Shown here: one piece after another, positions 1 to 12,737 of the stretch
How the letters are laid out: each line of letters starts with the position of its first letter
How positions within the stretch are numbered: the first letter of the stretch is position 1
Assembly: GCF_006345805.1 (NCBI RefSeq)
Contig: NC_043005.1
Location: 54,188,001-54,252,000 of the forward strand
Reading direction: 5' to 3'
Source of the DNA: Octopus sinensis
Taxonomy: Eukaryota
Length of the DNA: 64,000 bases
The notes under the pieces: model-generated
Database searches by the model: none
What the model saw: the letters and a program-made list of their open reading frames with translations, nothing else
Told to the model about the DNA's origin: nothing
Made by a program: the position numbers and the translations under genes

Positions 1-45
1 AGCATGGCCGCAGTTAGATGACTAAAACAATAAAAGAATAAAGAC
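1..45 (+). mobile_element. 3' tail of tRNA/CORE-like SINE (family B)
   Basis: agcatggccgcagt..atgact.aaacaa..aaaga matches the 3' end of the complete copies at 61015-61450 and 21975-22380. Confidence 0.6.
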
Positions 46-48
46 TAT

Positions 49-51
49 ATA

Positions 52-100
<49 letters not shown>

Positions 101-243
101 GGTGTGTGTGTATATAAATGTGACTGCGTGTGTACCTGCGATTTTTTTCCTCTGTCTTCCCTCTTTCCTGAGCGTCCAATATATATATTTGTTCCACGTC
201 CTCGCGTGTTGTGTTTTGTGCTTTCTTGTTGGATTAACTTTAG

Positions 244-282
<39 letters not shown>

Positions 283-400
283 ATAGAGTATGTATAGATG
301 TGTGTGTATATATTATATATATATAAGATATATATATTATATATATATATATATATATAATAGATATTATATATATATATATACTTATATATATAAACAC
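49..400. repeat. (TA)n/(TG)n microsatellite tract
   Basis: Directly visible dinucleotide runs. Confidence 0.95.
125..245 (+). mobile_element. Short repeat, probable Penelope-like terminal remnant, internally deleted relative to 27825-28005
   Basis: gcgattttttcctctgtctt...gcgtccaat..tatatttgttccacgtcctcgcgt..ggattaact recurs at 27825-28005; this copy lacks the hammerhead-like middle. Confidence 0.55.
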
Positions 401-1282
401 TTATACAATTTTAAATAAATTTACTACATTGGATCATCTAGTCACTTTTTAACTCAAACACCATAAATATGTAAATAGACAAATTGTCTTTTCGACCACT
501 TTGTATATAACATGAGTATAAATTGTCTCAAGCTAACCAACTCTGAATATCGATCTAACATTCTGGCTGGCTGCTTCATCCCCACCACCACTTCTTCAGA
601 ATAAATATAACTAAAGAATAATACTCTCTGAAAAATATATCATATTGTATTAACTAATCGGAATGAAAGAGAATCATTTTTATTCATACTTTGACCTGCA
701 TGTATTATCATAGTAATAAGACTTACCAAAGCATTTTTCAGTATAACCATTGTTATATCTTTTCACCTGTAAGAACAACGAACAACGAATTGGTTTTTAT
801 TAAATATTAATATTTCATTTGGAAGTTCTCCTTTATTTATATGTAACAAATAATAATACATAGCTTATATTTTGCTGAGATCAGTTGAGTGCATATTCAT
901 TTTGGTGAGGAGTGAATTAGATTTGTCAAGAGAAGACAGAGAGCATGCAAACAACATATGCCAAAAGAACAATACATATAAATATATATATATATATAAA
1001 TTATAATATAAAGAAGTGGAAAAACAAAAAGAAGACAAATGCATTGCAAAAAAAAAAAAAACCCTAGAAATATCTCCTCCTAATGAAAATAACAGAAATT
1101 ATTCAACCACAGAAGTCTAACAAAAGAATTTTCTGGTAGAAAATTTATTTCATGATTGATTATCCATCGATATCCATGCTATCACTTTTACCCTGGAGCA
1201 AGATCAAAAGACATTGCCAAACAATACATAATAGGAAAAAAATAAATAAATAACAAATACATTACAAAACAAACGAAATACT

Positions 1283-1340
1283 AATACTAATAATAACAAC
1301 AACAACAACAACAACAACAATAATAATAATAATAATAATA

Positions 1341-1418
<78 letters not shown>

Positions 1419-1515
1419 TGATGATGATGATATTAACACTAATAATAACAATAACAACAATAATGATAATGATGATAATAATAATAATGATAATAATAAT
1501 AATGATAATAATAAC

Positions 1516-1553
<38 letters not shown>

Positions 1554-1575
1554 TAATAATAACAATAGTAAACAA
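1283..1575. repeat. Compound (AAC)n(AAT)n(GAT)n microsatellite
   Basis: Directly visible; explains the poly-I/poly-L ORFs. Confidence 0.95.
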
Positions 1576-2089
1576 AGCAAATGAAGTTTTTTAACAGAAT
1601 AACTCAATCAAGTTATCAGAGAAAATGTCGGGTCATTCTAAAATATATTTATTCACTTAGTCATGTCTGGTGGCAAAACAACTCTAAAAGCTTCCGGCAA
1701 GCAAAGTATCATTGAGTCGTAACCTTTTATGAATAGATATAATTTTCAGTTCACAGGACACTTTATTTTGTTGTCTGTCTTGTAGCTATCTGGGTAACTC
1801 TTTGTCTGATAGACGGTTGTTATAAAATATTAGATGAAATTCTACCTCATTTAGCAATATTTATCAATTTACTTCTCAATGTAAACTTTCTACTTAGTAG
1901 GTTCAAGGCGTAAAAATGTGATAGGTTGTCAAATGGAAAGATACCTTGCTCAATTTGTTTTCGTGTGGTAATAGATTGAGAGATGTTTTTGAATGCCAGA
2001 CAAGTTAAATTATAGTCCCAGAAAATTAGGAACTTCCAGTAATAGAAGAGTTTTTATATAAAAAAACCAATAGAATTTAAAAAAGCATA

Positions 2090-2128
2090 GGTGTATGTAT
2101 ATATATTTGTGAACGTGTATATATATAT

Positions 2129-2174
<46 letters not shown>

Positions 2175-2285
2175 TATTATATATATACATATATATGGAT
2201 ATATACATATATATATACACACATATATATATACATATAGATATATGTATATATATATGTATATATATATGTATATATATGTATA

Positions 2286-2327
<42 letters not shown>

Positions 2328-2335
2328 ATATATAT

Positions 2336-2396
<61 letters not shown>

Positions 2397-2445
2397 GATA
2401 TAGATATAGATAAATATTTATATATATAATATATATATATCAGAG
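2090..2445. repeat. (TA)n-rich microsatellite
   Basis: Directly visible. Confidence 0.95.
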
Positions 2446-3389
2446 AGAGACATAATAAATAACCAAATAAAAATGAAATGTAGCTGAAATGTTTTAAATA
2501 GTAAATCTTAAATATAGATTATTTAAGAAATGTATTGTTATAGAGTTTTCTTTAATATTATTTTGTTTGATTTCTTTCTCCAAAAAACACGAAGATAGAA
2601 TGTGAACAAAATTTCATAATTCTAGGCTATACATAACAATATTTCTATTTTTTAACTACTTCAATCTATGTTTTAAATAAAAAAAAAATGTAATAAGATG
2701 TAGTTATTTAATTGTCATTGTTAAAGTATGAAACCAGATACCAGTTTATCAGCTGCTGCTTGCAGATGTTGTAAGATAAATATTAATGATGCAATGAAGA
2801 ATTCATAGTGGTTTAGTGTTCATAGACTTCAACAACCAAACGGTTCCTGGTTTCGTTTTATCTTTACTGAAATTTAGGTACTTTTGCATAGATAAGGCAT
2901 GTACTATAACTTCTTAAAGGATCACATGAAACCCATGTAAGTATCATTGTTATTTGATCTGTTACTTTGCAGATCTTCTTGCTATTGCACAAGTGATACT
3001 TATCGATTAATCAAAGTCAATGTCGTTTGGAAGTTATTTCTTCAGAATTTATAGGAAAAACTGGAGCTGGAAAATGGATCAAAGAATTATGGACCTTTCA
3101 TCAATTGATCACTTATTCATTCACACTGTATCACTGACATTTGTCTGGTACTTTGATTCTAACTAAGGTACATAATCTTTTGATGTGCTTGTATACATAC
3201 ATGACTGAAAATTGGTTTCGTGTGTAGACAGAGTTAAAAATTATGAGACAAAGGAGTATTGTAAAAGGGCAAGAAGACAATGAGAAATATATTCTGTGCA
3301 TATACAAACATACACTCTCATTATTTATGAATGAGCATGAGATACATCATATATTTGTGCATATTATTTCCTTATTATCAAAGAGCTTT

Positions 3390-3390
3390 T

Positions 3391-3426
<36 letters not shown>

Positions 3427-3471
3427 ATAACACATAAAAGAATACAAACATGTATTAGCACTTTTATTACT

Positions 3472-3506
<35 letters not shown>

Positions 3507-3575
3507 TATTATTATTATTGATATTATCATCATCATAATTATTAATAATGATGTTATTGTTATTATCATTATTTA
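3390..3575. repeat. (CA)n and (ATC/ATT)n microsatellites
   Basis: Directly visible. Confidence 0.9.
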
Positions 3576-3881
3576 CTTTTAATCTTTGTGCTTGTTACAA
3601 TCACTCGCTGAGACACAGCCAGTGTTTTAGGCTGAGATGTCACAGTATGATTGAAAGCTTGGGGTGAGCAAGTGGCAGGGGCAATAGTGAAATGTCTTTA
3701 TGTAATACAACACATACATTTAAGTCGCATTTATGGGGGAAGTCTCTGGTCTTATAGACCATGCTCATGAGCGTTGACTTGTTTTCTATAGGTGGATGTT
3801 CTTCCAACTTTTTAACAGAGGGATGATAATATATTAGAAATAAGAGAGCTGTAGTTTGCTTGAAGCATTGTAGTATAGAAG

Positions 3882-4430
3882 TACAATAATAGATGAAATA
3901 AGAAAACAGTAAAGATTCTAACAATGCAGAAGTTTTAAAAAAAACATGATATTTCAGGTGCAAAGGCTTATCTTTGGAAGAATACTGTCATGAAATGTAT
4001 GTTTACATAGATCCTGCCACCTTGGATAGCCAGATGGGAAGTGACCCAGTTTTAGCCCGGTTTTTGCGCTAGTAACAACAGTTCCCCAAGTGTTGGTATT
4101 GTTGGTGCAGTAGAGGTCGCATTGGGGACAGTGGTGCTTGGAACAGTGGTGGAAGTCTGGCTGTAGGTCCTCAGCACCACCATCCCCAATGTGACCCTCA
4201 TTGTACCAACAACTCCAGGATTTGGAAAGCTGCAGTTACTTGCGCAAGAAGTGGATTAAAACGGGGTCACTTCCTATTCAGCTATCCTGAATGGCAGGAT
4301 CTATGTAAACATACATTTCTTTGACTGTATTCTTCTGAAAATAAGCCTTTGTGCCTGAAATATAAAAGTTTTATTTAAATTTCTGCATTGTAAGAATCTT
4401 TCCTTATTTTTTATATCATTCATTATTGTA
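3882..4430. repeat. ~550 bp fold-back palindrome (arms ~3882-4138 and ~4173-4430, 34 nt loop), possible foldback/MITE element
   Basis: Arms are continuous reverse complements, e.g. gaaatgtatgtttacatagatcctgcca vs tggcaggatctatgtaaacatacatttc and cattggggacagtggtgct vs agcaccaccatccccaatg. Confidence 0.9.
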
Positions 4431-4672
4431 TTAGAAATATATTTTAAATACATAAATCAATAAATATTTCAGAAAAAAAAAGTTATATTTTGTTGAGAAT
4501 GTTTTTGAATCAAATAATACTTCATAGATTTTCATTGCATTTCTACAGGGAGGAAGCAATATATACTTACACTTACAAGAGCAGTGCCTGAAGCATAGAG
4601 ATGTGTTAGACCACTTTTGGCAATATATTCAAAATAGGGTCTCTAGTAATGTGTGATGAAAGTGTTGATAAT

Positions 4673-5100
4673 CTTTTCTACTCTAGGCACAAAACTCGAA
4701 ATTTTGGGGGAGGTGGCCAGTGGATTAGATCGACCTTGGTACACAAATGGTACTTAATTTATCAACACCAAAAGGATAAAAGACAAAGTTAACCTTGGTG
4801 GAATTTGAACTCAGAACATAAAGACAGACGAAATACTGCTAAGCATTTCACCCGGCATGCTAACGTTTCTGCTAGCTCACCACCTTAAAAATTATTCTTT
4901 TCTACTCTAGGCACAAGGCCCGAAATTTTGGAGGAGGTAGCCAGTCGATTAGAGTGACCCTTGTACACAACTGCTGCTTAATTTATCGACCCTGAAAAGA
5001 TGAAATGCAGAGTCAATCTCAGCAGAATTTGAACTCAGAATGTAAAAACAGACTAAGCATTTCGCCAGGCATGCTAACATTTCTGCCAGCTTGCCACCTT
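4673..5100 (-). mobile_element. Two tandem tRNA-derived SINEs (family A, Meta-domain-like)
   Basis: Reverse strand reads aaggtgg..agctggcaga..gttagc / gagttcaaattc (A/B-box-like) then gcctttcatcctttc..ggtcgataaattaagtacca, resembling the MetaSINE central domain. Confidence 0.85.
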
Positions 5101-5381
5101 AACCAGAGGGTTAATAATGTCATACAACTGAAGGAATGGAATAAGACAACTCAGAAGGAGTGATGCCACCATTTAACTGAAACATTTCCTTCTAGGTAGC
5201 ATTCAGCTTGTGAATGTTTGTAATGTAGAAAGGGGGTTCTCAGAGTCCAAGGAATAGGGGAGCAAATATACATTTGGCACAAACCATTTTAATTAACAAG
5301 CATAATAATCCTAAAGAAATGTTACTCCCCTTCACACCTGCATCTGCAGGAAAAGGTTGACTACTCCTCTTCTTTTGGCCC

Positions 5382-5434
<53 letters not shown>

Positions 5435-5734
5435 CTATGCTCCTAGTAAATGTCAACTTGTTATAAAATTTTATTTCCCATATTGTCACAAAGATATGAC
5501 CCATCCTTTGGGTAGTATTGGAGAGTTTTTGGTATAAGTTAGCCAAGAGAATTTCTAAGTAGTTACTCGGCCTGCTAGACATTAGCAGACAAAATCTCCC
5601 TTAATCATATACTCCTATCTTAAAGTGGGCTTGACACATTAGACAATATTGTGCTATATACAATTGAAAATGGGATGATCATGCTTGGTATACATTTAAA
5701 CATGAAGTTTTCTTAAGGCTAAATAACAACAACA

Positions 5735-6020
5735 ATCATACTGTTCCCTATTTTAGAGATGAGGAATTCTGTACATTATTTACATTATTTACATTGGACA
5801 GATATGTGTCCTTATCTTGCTCGTTGTTACCACAATGTTTCAGCTGATTTACTCTTCAGCCTTCATCAGGTGTCCTGGTGGAATTTTGAACCCAATCCTG
5901 ACTTCTCATTCCTAAGGTATTTTTTCTGATGTTATTATTATTATGTTTTTTCCTACTTTCTTCAAATTTTCTTGCGTTTCTCGCCGAGTGTTTTCCATAC
6001 ACCTATTCACCTATTTCTCC
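5735..6020 (-). mobile_element. Probable Penelope-like terminal repeat carrying a hammerhead-like core
   Basis: Minus strand 5869-5838: CTGATGA-AG-GCTGA-agagtaaa-TCAGC-T-GAAAC; adjoins (ATT)n. Confidence 0.55.
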
Positions 6021-6021
6021 A

Positions 6022-6093
<72 letters not shown>

Positions 6094-6110
6094 CATTATT
6101 ATTATTAACC
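6022..6110. repeat. (ATT)n microsatellite
   Basis: Directly visible. Confidence 0.95.
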
Positions 6111-6729
6111 ACAATCATGGATGCTTTTTCTATTAACAAAAAACAACAATGATTCCTATAGTATATGAACACAGAAGGTAGAAAGTCAACATCACTAAAT
6201 GTTGATTTATAACATAGGCATATTTCATTTGTAAGAAGGTTAAAGAAGCTTACAGTCAATTATATTGGCCTAATACTTGCCAAGTACTTTATATCACCAA
6301 CCCTTGAGGGAGAAAATACAAGTTTGGATCTATCAGAATGTAATATACTGTAACTAAATACTGCAAACCATTCTCCAAAATATTTTTTGCATCACATAAT
6401 AAAATAAAATTTTACATGATTCTTTAGTTATATTTTAATTACTGTGTTTAGTAATTGCATTATGACATGAAATTAATTATCTACATCTAGTTATAATAAA
6501 CTTTTATTTCACTAGGCATACAACAATTTTAAATGTAGACTTTACTGATGTCTATATGAAATTTCAGACAATATCCAAGATTGGTATTTTGAAATTGTTT
6601 GTTCTTAAATCAAATAATGAAAAAAAAATTTCTCTTTATCAATTTACTAAAATACTAAGTTTTTTTAGTCTGTTCCATAAAAAGTATTTACTTCTAAGTT
6701 ATTTATAGTTAAAAATCAATAGTAGTGTT

Positions 6730-6785
6730 TATATTAATGTGTGTATGTGTATGTATATATATATATGCACGCACATACATGTCAT

Positions 6786-6850
<65 letters not shown>

Positions 6851-6881
6851 CATACATATATACATATATATATATACATAT

Positions 6882-6922
<41 letters not shown>

Positions 6923-6945
6923 TATATATTACACACACACACATG
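6730..6945. repeat. (TA)n/(CA)n microsatellite
   Basis: Directly visible. Confidence 0.95.
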
Positions 6946-7224
6946 AGAAGTACTTCTCTTACATCATAAAAAATAAGGAAGGACATGAAAGACAAGTGCA
7001 AAAATATTCCAAGTTAATAAATGTTCATAAGAATGGTCTCATAACATAGGTAAGTGACCAAATACTTTTTCAAATTTATCATGTGAAATTCATAAATTTT
7101 TACCTGCTGATTTAAAAAATTACAAAGAAATCCTACGATGTACTGTTTTTTTCACAAAATCAGTCTTTGCATTTTAACCATCATGCCTAAATTTAACTAT
7201 TGTCTTTTATCATTACTAATATCT

Positions 7225-7700
7225 ATCTACCTAGGTCTTCTCTCAGGACGCCACAATACTGTTTCCACACATTTTCCCCACTCATCTCGATATTCCTTAA
7301 TGGTCTTCAGCTCCTGTACCCCTTCCATGCCAGTATCCTCCAGCAAGTTGTCAATATAGGTCATCTTCTTCCTTCCTCTCATGGTTCTTCCTTCTGTTCA
7401 TTGCTAGAGCAGTAGCTTGTTAGCAATTTCATCGGCATGTCTGATGCAGTGTCCAGCTGGCTTCATCCTTCTATGCTATTTCTTCAATGTTACTTTTGGT
7501 AGTCCTTGGTATAAGTCGGCATCAGTTGTATGACTGTTCCATATATAACGGTATAACTAATTGGTGTAATTTTGAATCATAAACATCTGGCAGCATTTAG
7601 ACCACTTCAGCTATACAAGGAGGAGCTTGCACCATTGTAGCTTCAGTTACCCACAAACAGTGAGGAGTGAAAGGTGAGCTTTTCAAGGTCACATTGCTTA
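7225..7700 (-). mobile_element. Decayed 3' fragment of RTE-clade LINE
   Basis: Minus strand gives ..RMKPAGHCIRHADEIANKLLL.. and ..MTYIDNLLEDTG..ELKT.., typical post-RT C-terminus of RTE elements, with stops and frameshifts. Confidence 0.7.
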
Positions 7701-7994
7701 AGTTAAAACGTATCTTATTTTCTTTTAATTTCAGTCTATTTCCTCATACTTTTTTTTAGTGTATATACATTACTTACATTGTTTTATTGTATCATATGTT
7801 ACATTTCAAGGTGTCGTCAATGATATTATGTATACATTTAGATGGTTAATCAAATATTTGCAGTTAAATAACGTCCCTTTTCCCCCTTATCTTACAGATC
7901 ACACATCATTCCAAGCAAAAATGCCTTCTAGATGTACAGCAAGCCTACATAACTTTCATTATATTTCTGGTGAAATTCTGACTAAAAAACGCCA

Positions 7995-8182
7995 GAGAGA
8001 CAGCAGAAGCATCAGCATGCCAGATAAAATGCTTAGTGAAATTTCTTCAGTTTTGGCATTCTGAGTTCAGAATCTGCCAAGGTTTAGTTTGCCTTTCATT
8101 ATTCAGAGTTAATAAAATAAGTACCAGTTGAGCACTGGTGTCAATGGAATCAACTTACCCCTTCCCCACAAATTGTAGAAAG
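7995..8182 (+). mobile_element. SINE family A copy
   Basis: ctgagttcagaatctgcc..gcctttcattattcagagttaataaaataagtaccagttgagcactgg..gtagaaaggatta. Confidence 0.75.
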
Positions 8183-8289
8183 GATTATAGTTATCATTAT
8201 TATCATCATTATTATTGTTATTATTATTATTATTATTATCATCATCATTATTATTATTATTATCATCTTCATTATTATTATTGTTGTTG

Positions 8290-10110
8290 TTACCTTTGCA
8301 CAGCTTCTAACACTGGGGATGTACTACAGTGTCAGCTGTTCACTACTAGTGAACTAAGGTATCACCTCTTATTTTTCAAGCACCTTCTGGAGTATTTGAG
8401 CGGTTCCAAGAAGTGCTGTTTTCTGCAATTGCTCCACCCTTATTGCAGCCCCTATTTGTTCCACGTACTGCTCGAGATTTTCACTCACTACCCAAGCTAA
8501 CCTGTCATATCTCTTGACCTTTTTTCTTCCTTATTGCATACCTTATTGTCAGCTGGGTATGCTATATCTATGATCCAGCATAGTATGGTTTCTTTCTCAA
8601 TTAAGACCATGTCTGGATTCCTATTCTCAATCTCATGGTCGCACTGAATCATAAAATCCCATAGGATCTTTGCATTTCTATTTTTAACAATGCCTTCAGT
8701 TTTGTGATTGTACCAATTTTTTGCTCCATCAACTCCATACTTGTTGCAAAGTATCCAATGGACAAGTCTGGCTATATTGTCATGGCATCTCTTATATTCC
8801 TTCTGGGCTAGTGGCGTACTTTGGCTGGTAATATGCCATATGGTTTCACCGTTTTGTCCACAGATTCTGCACTTATCACTTTCTGATGTGTTGTCTACTC
8901 TGTATGTTATGTAGTTTGTTCTTAGCGCTTGCCCTTCGGCAGTACAGATTAGAGCCCTCGTTTCTGGTTTTAAATCACCTTTAGTCATCCACAGCCATCT
9001 TTTTTCTCTGACTGTCTTATCTTCAACATCCCTATGAAATTGACCATGCATTCTTTTTTTTACCCACCTATTTCCAATTTCATTCATTTTCAATTGCTTG
9101 TACAGTGCTTTATCTTTGCAATCTTTCATCCTACACAAGCCTGACCTTCCTACTTCTAATATTAGTGGCCCTGGCATTTTTTACATACCATGCTATGTTG
9201 TTTTCTTCTGCTCTAATGCTGTGTTTGCATCCAATAAATCCCCTTCCCCCTTTTTCTTGGTACATACAGTCTGTCTGTGTCACTTTTTGGGTAGAGTGAC
9301 CCATAACTAGTTAGCATCTTCCTTGTCTTTCTGTCTAAGCCGTTTAGTTCGTCTACTGTCCATGTAATTACCCCTGCTTAAATCATTCCTTTTCTAAGGT
9401 ATAAAACCGCCCAGGTGTTGATAGCTTTGATCTTATTCCGTTCGTTTAATTTAGACTTAAGGATCAGTCTCAGTCTGCACAAGTACTCCACCTTAAATTT
9501 CTCTGTTGTTTCTTCCTCCATAAATTTATCCATTTCCAAAATCCCTAAGTAATTATAGCCCGTCTCTTCTATCTGCTTCATAATCTCCCCCAACAGTATC
9601 ATTAGTCCGTCCATACATTTGATTTTGCCTCTCTTCAATACTAACACACCATACTTTCTCAGTCCGAACTCCATTCTGATATCAGCACTGAAGGTATACA
9701 TTTTTTTGCTGATTTCCTTCACTTCCCTAACTGAAATGACTAGTTCTGCCTGTTTGGACAGACTACTGTTTGTTTCAGTTCTTGCTACTATTTAGCGTCC
9801 TTCTTGTGCATCCTGTCTTTGCTCCAGATGTCACTCCAAAACCTTTGACTTTCAATGTTATCTAGTATCAAGTTTTCATCGGTATATTCTCCATTTATTT
9901 CTTTATAGAATCTCTTCTGATCTACTCTAAATAACCTATTCTGGTGGTAACCCTTCATTCTTTGGTCATATCTGACCATCTTTGCTTTCTTTGCAATGAG
10001 GCACTGTTTCAGCTCCTCCACTACTAATTTCAGACCCTTTCTTTCAATATTATACTTCCTTTTCAGCACCCTGTATTTTTGTTTGCTTTTAAGCTCCCCT
10101 TCCTCTAGAT
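8290..10110 (-). mobile_element. R4/Dong-clade non-LTR retrotransposon, internally deleted pseudogene, in (TAA)n-type microsatellite
   Basis: MHGQF, KPETRALICTAEGQALRTN, CCHC-type knuckle (CRICG..ETIWHITS), RLE motif RNPDMVLI..IIDIAYP, post-YMDD segment FSADIRMEFGLRK, N-terminal QNRLFRVDQKRFYKE..FWSDIW; flanked by TTA/TCA runs on both sides. Confidence 0.92.
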
Positions 10111-10111
10111 T

Positions 10112-10123
10112 TTCTTATCATCA

Positions 10124-10168
<45 letters not shown>

Positions 10169-10314
10169 GTTTTCCTTCTTTCAATTTTGTTTCCATTTCT
10201 TGCCAGTTGTCTTCCTAACTCTCAATTTCAAAATAAAATGAAGCTACGTAAAAAAAAATCGTCGTCGTCGTCATCATCATCATCATCATCATCATCAATA
10301 TCATCATCACTATC

Positions 10315-10356
<42 letters not shown>

Positions 10357-10366
10357 GTTGTTATTG

Positions 10367-10440
<74 letters not shown>

Positions 10441-10460
10441 GTTATTATTATTATTAACAT
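10112..10460. repeat. Compound (TTA)n/(TCA)n/(TCG)n microsatellites
   Basis: Directly visible. Confidence 0.95.
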
Positions 10461-11021
10461 AATGGTAACCTGGTGTGTTGTGTTTTGACCTAGCAACTTG
10501 AGGATTTGCCATGTGAATTTAAGAAGAAAGGTGTTTTGTTTAATAGTGAATTTCAAAATAGAATGGTAATTAAGAAATTTTTGACATCATTTTTCTCAGT
10601 ATGTGGTAAATAAAAACATGGAATTTGCAAAAAAAATATATCCTTCTCCATTTGTAAAGAAACAAAACAGTTTCTTTATGCAGCAATGTCTCCAAAATTT
10701 GGGGTTTGAACAATTACCTTCTTATGGATGCTAAAAAGGAACAAAAAAAAAAATGAGAATATGATGTGTATGGCAGATTAAAACATCACATTCTGAAAGA
10801 AGAGAGTAAATTCATTTCTGCAGACAGCAACATTGGAGAGGACATTTCTAACAAGTTTGGTAACAATAACAAAAATAACAACACACCTACAACATTTTCT
10901 CTCTCTCTTTCTTTCTCTCTCTTTCTCTCATTCACTCACACACACACACACACAAGCAAATAAACAAGCATATAGGAATACACAATAACAATAACAAAAA
11001 CAGCAACACACTACAACATTC

Positions 11022-11067
<46 letters not shown>

Positions 11068-11179
11068 CCACACACCCACACACCCACACACACACATACA
11101 TGCACAAGCATATACAAACACACATACACACAAATACATTTTGCTGAGCAAGAACCTTAGTGACAAAGTAATCTGTATC

Positions 11180-11412
11180 TATTTCTCTACTACCCACAAG
11201 GGGCTAAACATAAAGTGGCCATCAAGGACAGACAAACGGATTAAGTCGATTATATCGACCCCAGTGCGTAACTGGTACTTGTTTAATCGACCCCGAAAGA
11301 ATGAAAGGCAAAGTCGACCTCGGCGGAATTTGAATTCAGAACGTAATGGCAGACGAAATACTGCTAAGTATTTCGCCCAGCATGCTAACGTTTCCGCCAG
11401 CTCACCGCCTTG
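11180..11412 (-). mobile_element. SINE family A copy with 16 bp TSD
   Basis: caaagtaatctgtatc at 11164-11179 and 11413-11428 flanks the element. Confidence 0.9.
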
Positions 11413-11827
11413 CAAAGTAATCTGTATCATCGGCATTATATGCAATTTTAGGAATTGGTTAAAAGTGAGCAGGAGAAGGAAACATGGCAGTAGTACATCA
11501 CAGAACTGTGTATTTTCTAGTCTGAGGAGAAAAGTGGTTTGCCTCTGCTTCTTGAAAAACAGCAGAGCATTAAGTGTGCTCACAAAAGAAAAACTGAAGG
11601 AAGCTCTATCCAAAGTATGCTGTGTTGTGCACTTCATTGAATGCAGTGGAATATTTCTTTCATTTTTTTACTTGTTTCAGTCATTTGAATGTAGACATGC
11701 TGGAGCATCACCTAAAAAGTTTTAGTTGAAGAAATCAACTCCAGGACGCATTTGCTTGATTAAATCTGTCAAAGTAGCGCTACCAGCATGGTCGCAGTCC
11801 AATGACTGAAACAAGAAAAAGATAATG

Positions 11828-12270
11828 TCCACTTTTCATGCTGGCATGGGTTGGACGGTTTGACTGAGGACTGGCAAGCCAGAAGGCTATACAAGGCTCC
11901 AATCTAATCTGGCACTGTTTCTATAGCTGGATGCCCTTCCTAATGTCAACTACTCCGAAAGTATAATGGATGCTTTTTATGTGCCACCGACATGAGGGCC
12001 ATTCCGGCGGTACTTGCATCGACCATGCTTGAATGGTACTTTCTACATGCCACTGGCACAGGAACCAGTCAGGCGGCACTGGTAACAACCACACTCAAAT
12101 GGTGCTTTTACGTACCACCAGCATGGGAGCCAGTCAGGCAGCACTGGCAATGACCACACTCGAATGGTGCTTCTTACAAGCCACCAGCAGAGGAGCCAGT
12201 CAGGTGGCACTGGCAACGACCATGCTCGAATGGTGCTTTTTATGTGCCACCAGCACGGGAGCCAATTGCT
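11828..12270 (-). mobile_element. RTE LINE 3' UTR fragment with ~61 bp internal tandem units
   Basis: ttccatgctggcatgggttggacgg..ggatgcccttccta..gtgccacc units; same sequence is joined to RTE coding remnant at 47283-48360. Confidence 0.8.
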
Positions 12271-12609
12271 TTTCTGTATACTCTATGATGTGTCAAAATT
12301 TTTTAATAAAACCATAATCATCTGAAACTGTGCTGCAGGTTTCAGCAAGTCAGCAAAAAATTCAACACCTCAAACAGTTTATGCAGGGTGGAGGTAAGGG
12401 CTGGGGGTGGAGGGGGTTATGGCTATAATGGCACAATCAACAAAACGCTTTGAAAATCCTTAGTGGAAAATCCTTATTCAGAGTGATGCCCCAGCATGGC
12501 CGTATTTCAATGATTGAAACATCTAAAAGTAAAGATTAAATGAGTACAAAACCATAATATACCATCACTTTTTCAGAACCCGCATGTATGGGGCGGGTAA
12601 ATGGATGAC

Positions 12610-12694
12610 CAGTAGTAGTAGTAGTAGTTTTGGTAGCAGCAGCAGTAGTAGTAGTAGCAGCAGTAGGTGTAGTAGTGGTAGTAATTGTAGCAGC

Positions 12695-12737
<43 letters not shown>
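12610..12737. repeat. (AGT/AGC)n microsatellite
   Basis: Directly visible. Confidence 0.95.

Noticed and set aside
1660-3150. Series of exon-like AG..GT segments (1663, 1750, 2739, 2879, 2972)
   Set aside because: Joining needs a ~44 nt intron and hits stops in all frames of the 2879 segment.
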